Source of the DNA: a virus
Taxonomy: Duplodnaviria; Caudoviricetes
Virus record (IMG/VR): IMGVR_UViG_3300005805_000203
Span: 1-38,975 of that record
Length of the DNA stretch: 38,975 nt
Reading direction: 5' to 3' (one strand)
The notes beneath the pieces were generated by a model that saw only the letters and a program-made list of their open reading frames with translations, made no database searches and was not told the origin of the DNA. The position numbers and the translations under genes are program-made. This document shows, piece after piece, positions 36,052 through 38,975 of this stretch. How positions within the stretch are numbered: position 1 is the first letter of the stretch; the number at the start of each line of letters is the position of its first letter.

Positions 36052-36052
36052 G

Positions 36053-36208
36053 TCAGAATCCTTTCAAAAGGATTTTCATGAGGAACGGAACAGCAAGTCC
36101 CGTCAGATTGGACAACTCTTTCAGAGTCATGCTCGGATTGTTGTCGTATATCCTACGGATATCGTCGTATGTCAAACCATTCAGCGAACGCTTCATTGTG
36201 TATGCCAT
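36053..36208 (-). CDS. 51-aa helix-turn-helix protein (not in ORF track)
   Basis: MAYTMKRSLNGLTYDDIRRIYDNNPSMTLKELSNLTGLAVPFLMKILLKGF; AAACCTGAAAGGTTT RBS variant. Confidence 0.7.
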   Translation of the reverse strand: MAYTMKRSLNGLTYDDIRRIYDNNPSMTLKELSNLTGLAVPFLMKILLKGF

Positions 36209-36404
36209 GTCACAAACCTTTCAGGTTTTGTTGAACGCTCACCATTGAACGCTCAAGAAAACCCCCTATCGCAAGAGCACCCACTCTCACTTGGGGACAG
36301 ATGGTATAGATGCCGCACTCTATCCAATGCATGATGCCTTAACGTATGCATCATTCACGTCAGCCCATAGTGCATCTGTCACATGCACCGACACTGAGTG
36401 TAGA

Positions 36405-36432
36405 TTTTTAAAGAGCGGGAAGCTTTCGCTTC
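36405..36432 (-). promoter_or_regulatory. boxB-like hairpin followed by boxA (rrn-type antitermination site)
   Basis: GAAGC-GAAA-GCTTC then CGCTCTTTAAAAA, just downstream of a strong promoter. Confidence 0.7.
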
Positions 36433-36444
36433 GTGTTGCCTTAC

Positions 36445-36474
36445 ATTATAGGGACGTCGGCTTATCCCTGTCAA
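36445..36474 (-). promoter_or_regulatory. Early sigma70 promoter
   Basis: TTGACA-GGGATAAGCCGACGTCCC-TATAAT. Confidence 0.85.
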
Positions 36475-36484
36475 CTGCGGGGTT

Positions 36485-36618
36485 ATTAACCTCGCTGTCG
36501 ACCTGTCGCATGGGATTGCATGTAACATACATGCTCACTCACACTTCGTCGCATTGCGTCTGTCGGAACCCGGCATCACCCGGCTAGCTTCTCACCGACT
36601 CGGCACTGCGTCGCATTG
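36485..36618 (-). ncRNA. Candidate small non-coding RNA
   Basis: Own consensus promoter, no RBS-led ORF, hairpins (GCATGTA-TGT-TACATGC) and three ATGCGAC repeats. Confidence 0.4.
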
Positions 36619-36624
36619 GCTTTT

Positions 36625-36654
36625 ATTATAATCGCCAACGAAAAACCCTGTCAA
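36625..36654 (-). promoter_or_regulatory. Early sigma70 promoter
   Basis: TTGACA-N18-TATAAT. Confidence 0.85.
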
Positions 36655-36703
36655 GTGAAGGGGCTTTCGTTGACGCTCCCCTACATAGTAGGGGATAGCT
36701 TCA

Positions 36704-36904
36704 TTACAGATACGCAATCATGCTTTGTGGCTCAGGCACTACCTTACGTACCCATGCTTTCGGGAGATTCGAAAGATTCAACAGCGACTTTATTTCCATG
36801 ACTGCGTCAGAATGATTAGAGAATGCCCGACTTGCTTTGAGCCATTTGCCATCAAGCTTCGCTTCGTGGGTGACAACGTAGATGATTTGCGCTTTCGTAA
36901 TCAT
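36704..36904 (-). CDS. Hypothetical protein
   Basis: Own promoter, leader hairpin and TTCCTGAAAGGAAA RBS. Confidence 0.75.
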   Translation of the reverse strand: MITKAQIIYVVTHEAKLDGKWLKASRAFSNHSDAVMEIKSLLNLSNLPKAWVRKVVPEPQSMIAYL

Positions 36905-36953
36905 GGTGTTTCCTTTCAGGAATGTGACAGCGGGATGCTGTCGATTGGGTCAA

Positions 36954-36982
36954 ATTGTACAGACAAATAATTTCCGAGTCAA
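36954..36982 (-). promoter_or_regulatory. Early sigma70 promoter
   Basis: TTGACT-N17-TACAAT. Confidence 0.8.
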
Positions 36983-37038
36983 CTATGGGGGCTTTCGTTG
37001 ACGTCCCCCGAAGGGGATCGTCGCTACGTTACATCATG

Positions 37039-37269
37039 TCATGTGGAGTGCCGTGACGTACACACGACGACTTCGTAGAAGTTATCCGCATACGGATCGA
37101 ATTGATTTGCCGTCGATCCCGTAGGGATAAACTGCGGCGCATCGATACAGTATGCACCGTCCATGTAAGTTTCATCGTATCGATTGAAACTGTCACGCAT
37201 TTCGATGGTGCAGAACACCTTCGACGCATGTCCGCCTGTCATCGTGAAATTATAGTAGCATTTTTCCAT
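37039..37269 (-). CDS. Hypothetical protein
   Basis: AAGGGG RBS; start MEKCYY downstream of promoter. Confidence 0.65.
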   Translation of the reverse strand: MEKCYYNFTMTGGHASKVFCTIEMRDSFNRYDETYMDGAYCIDAPQFIPTGSTANQFDPYADNFYEVVVCTSRHST

Positions 37270-37300
37270 TGTGTGCCCCTTGTTTGTTGCGATGGAATGC

Positions 37301-37329
37301 ATTGTTGCAGAAAATAAAACCTGAGTCAA
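37301..37329 (-). promoter_or_regulatory. Early sigma70 promoter
   Basis: TTGACT-N17-AACAAT with upstream AAAGCCCC box. Confidence 0.65.
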
Positions 37330-37357
37330 ATGTGGGGGCTTTCACCCCCTTCCACTT

Positions 37358-38221
37358 TCAGTGGACAGCGATGGCGATGACACGTCCCTTGAACACGTCG
37401 CTACCGCATGCATGCCCTACACTGGTGCATGTGCCGCACTTGCCGGGACAAGGGAAGACTTTGTCTTCGAAGCGAGCACGAATCGCATCGTTGACGGGCT
37501 TTGTGCCGTAATCGCTCGCCTTGATTTTGCGACCGATGCTGACGGCGACGAAGTCGCCGCGAACGAAGGGCATCGAACGAATGGCGTTGACTACGTCAAC
37601 GGATGCATTGTGACCCGACGATATGTTCAAACGATAGTTTGCCGGGACAACACCGCCGCTCTTGACGAAGTCAAGCAACAGAGCGAAGCTCTTGCTGTAG
37701 CCGTAGGCTTTCACCGACGGAGTCAGCGAAAGCTGACGCATCCAAAAGGCGACGTCACTACGTGACGAAAAGTCGCCGTCAACGTACAGTCGGAAATCGA
37801 AACCCGTAGGGTTCTGTTCCATCAGCTTGGCAAACGAAGATGCGATAGCATCTTGATCGAAGCGCATCAGGTATGCATTCTGACACTGACGGAAGAACGC
37901 CGCAGGATAGCGCCAAGCTCTGAAGCTGTAGCAGAATGCTAAGCATTCTCCGGCTCCGGGGCAGGTAACACCGGGAAGGGTAGAGAAAGCATAGAAGGGA
38001 AGCTTGCTATTGCCTTCGGCAAAGATGCTGAAGGGCACCGTACCCTGAAGCATAGCTTCAAATTTCGCAATGTTGGCTTGCCAGCCCTTCGAAGCAAACA
38101 AAGGGGAAGCTTTCAGCTTCAGGATGGCTTGCTCAATGGAAGCTTCGCTTCCGGTCTGTACCGTGACGGCAAAGCTCTGCAACGCAGAGAACTTAGCGGT
38201 AGTGAAGTGACGAACTTGCAT
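37358..38221 (-). CDS. GP88-like, radical-SAM-related Fe-S protein
   Basis: GNSKL, TCPGAGECLAFCYS, RLYVDGDF, YGYSKS and C-terminal CPGKCGTC...HAC...IAIAVH; start MQVRH. Confidence 0.75.
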   Translation of the reverse strand: MQVRHFTTAKFSALQSFAVTVQTGSEASIEQAILKLKASPLFASKGWQANIAKFEAMLQGTVPFSIFAEGNSKLPFYAFSTLPGVTCPGAGECLAFCYSFRAWRYPAAFFRQCQNAYLMRFDQDAIASSFAKLMEQNPTGFDFRLYVDGDFSSRSDVAFWMRQLSLTPSVKAYGYSKSFALLLDFVKSGGVVPANYRLNISSGHNASVDVVNAIRSMPFVRGDFVAVSIGRKIKASDYGTKPVNDAIRARFEDKVFPCPGKCGTCTSVGHACGSDVFKGRVIAIAVH

Positions 38222-38261
38222 GATGTTTCCTTTCAGGAAAGATGTTGCGGAAAGTGTCGCC

Positions 38262-38291
38262 ATTGTAGGGCGGCGACAAAACCCTTGTCAA
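38262..38291 (-). promoter_or_regulatory. Early sigma70 promoter
   Basis: TTGACA-N18-TACAAT. Confidence 0.8.
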
Positions 38292-38316
38292 CCGTGGGGC
38301 TTTTCTGCCGTCAACA

Positions 38317-38475
38317 TCAAATGATGTTGGGGATATCCCCGCTTGCATTGAGGTGCATTACATCACGGGTCGAAACAATGCTTTGCATTGCGTCAACGGA
38401 AATGAAGTTGCCATAGTCATCTACAACGTAAACGTTGTAGTCGCAAAACCACAAACCGAATCCGAGTGATTGCAT
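38317..38475 (-). CDS. 52-aa hypothetical protein (not in ORF track)
   Basis: TTCCTGAAAGGAAA RBS; MQSLGFGLWFCDYNVYVVDDYGNF... Confidence 0.7.
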   Translation of the reverse strand: MQSLGFGLWFCDYNVYVVDDYGNFISVDAMQSIVSTRDVMHLNASGDIPNII

Positions 38476-38508
38476 GATGTTTCCTTTCAGGAAAAAGTTG
38501 ATGATACC

Positions 38509-38703
38509 TTAGTAGGTGAAACCTACTACAACAGGCTTATCAGCCTTGACGAAAATGCTGCGGCAAATGTCTTCGACATCCATAAGCTCAAACGACTTCG
38601 TCGTTTTGTCATACGAACCCTTACGATAGACTTTCTTGCTGTCAAGCTTACGCTTGACGAAGTCGCCGGGCTTCACTTCACGAAGTGTCGTCATGTATGT
38701 CAT
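38509..38703 (-). CDS. Small conserved phage protein
   Basis: ATCCTGAAAGGAT RBS; LREVKPGDFVKRK...YDK...VGFTY. Confidence 0.75.
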   Translation of the reverse strand: MTYMTTLREVKPGDFVKRKLDSKKVYRKGSYDKTTKSFELMDVEDICRSIFVKADKPVVVGFTY

Positions 38704-38756
38704 GCTGTGTATCCTTTCAGGATTGCGACGCCGGGAATCGGCATCGATGGGAACGG

Positions 38757-38785
38757 ACTGTAGCGACAAACAATACCTGAGTCAA
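38757..38785 (-). promoter_or_regulatory. Early sigma70 promoter (first in the arm)
   Basis: TTGACT-N17-TACAGT. Confidence 0.65.
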
Positions 38786-38975
38786 GCGAAGGGTTTTTCG
38801 ACGTCGGCTTTGGCAGCGAAGCTGCTGCGCGTGTGCGCGTGCTACGTCACGTGTAGCGCGATGCGGTGCGTGATGCGCGACGTCATGCGTTAGCGGGTGG
38901 GGTAGTTCGATGTTGTACATCGAAAAGGGGGATATCAGTCTAGGCTGAAGTTAGTGGTCACTAACATACGGTTTT

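Larger units (their letters stand above)
33598..38493 (-). repeat. Dispersed 14-bp start-associated repeat TTCCTGAAAGGAAA (8 exact copies plus variants)
   Basis: Exact copies at 33598, 33936, 34878, 35639, 35959, 36909, 38226 and 38480, each 4 nt upstream of an ATG. Confidence 0.95.

Noticed and set aside
36214-36618. Known ribozyme or riboswitch (hammerhead, cobalamin) in the structured non-coding region
   Set aside because: No CUGANGA/GAAA hammerhead core or B12-box could be identified by eye; needs an Infernal search
33598-38493. CRISPR array or integron from the recurring TTCCTGAAAGGAAA repeat
   Set aside because: Repeats are 14 bp, irregularly spaced by whole genes and always at the RBS; no cas genes, and no IntI-type features or attC R-box consensus were recognised
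28107-38975. T7-like single-subunit RNA polymerase and phage-specific 23-bp promoters
   Set aside because: No ORF of suitable size or motifs in the early arm; all promoters found are host sigma70-type
1-38975. Stop-codon reassignment / alternative genetic code
   Set aside because: Standard code gives full-length genes at high density; the only tRNA is Thr(UGU), not a suppressor

Overview
The window is about 39 kb of a tailed dsDNA bacteriophage genome. It is podovirus-like with a T7-supergroup replication module and no phage RNA polymerase in view. Two convergently transcribed arms meet at a bidirectional terminator (~17121-17146), a layout resembling Zobellviridae/cobavirus-type phages. The + arm (1-17120) holds tail/tail-fibre genes (including two tandem 329-aa FN3 paralogs with divergent aromatic cores), a lysis cluster (holin-like proteins, GH24 endolysin) and large internal-virion/ejection-type proteins, one with an ADP-ribosyltransferase-like domain. 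The - arm (38975-17147) starts with an early region built from repeated expression cassettes: nine near-consensus sigma70 promoters, a covarying leader hairpin, a hairpin-forming RBS motif TTCCTGAAAGGAAA, a boxB-boxA site and structured non-coding stretches. It continues with an ADP-ribosylglycohydrolase, tyrosine integrase, T7-like primase-helicase, a family B (not family A) DNA polymerase, SSB, exonuclease, dNTP diphosphohydrolase, HNH, ThyX, class II RNR and tRNA-Thr(UGU). Capsid, portal and terminase genes are not in the window. All family calls come from motif recognition by eye; no database search was run.
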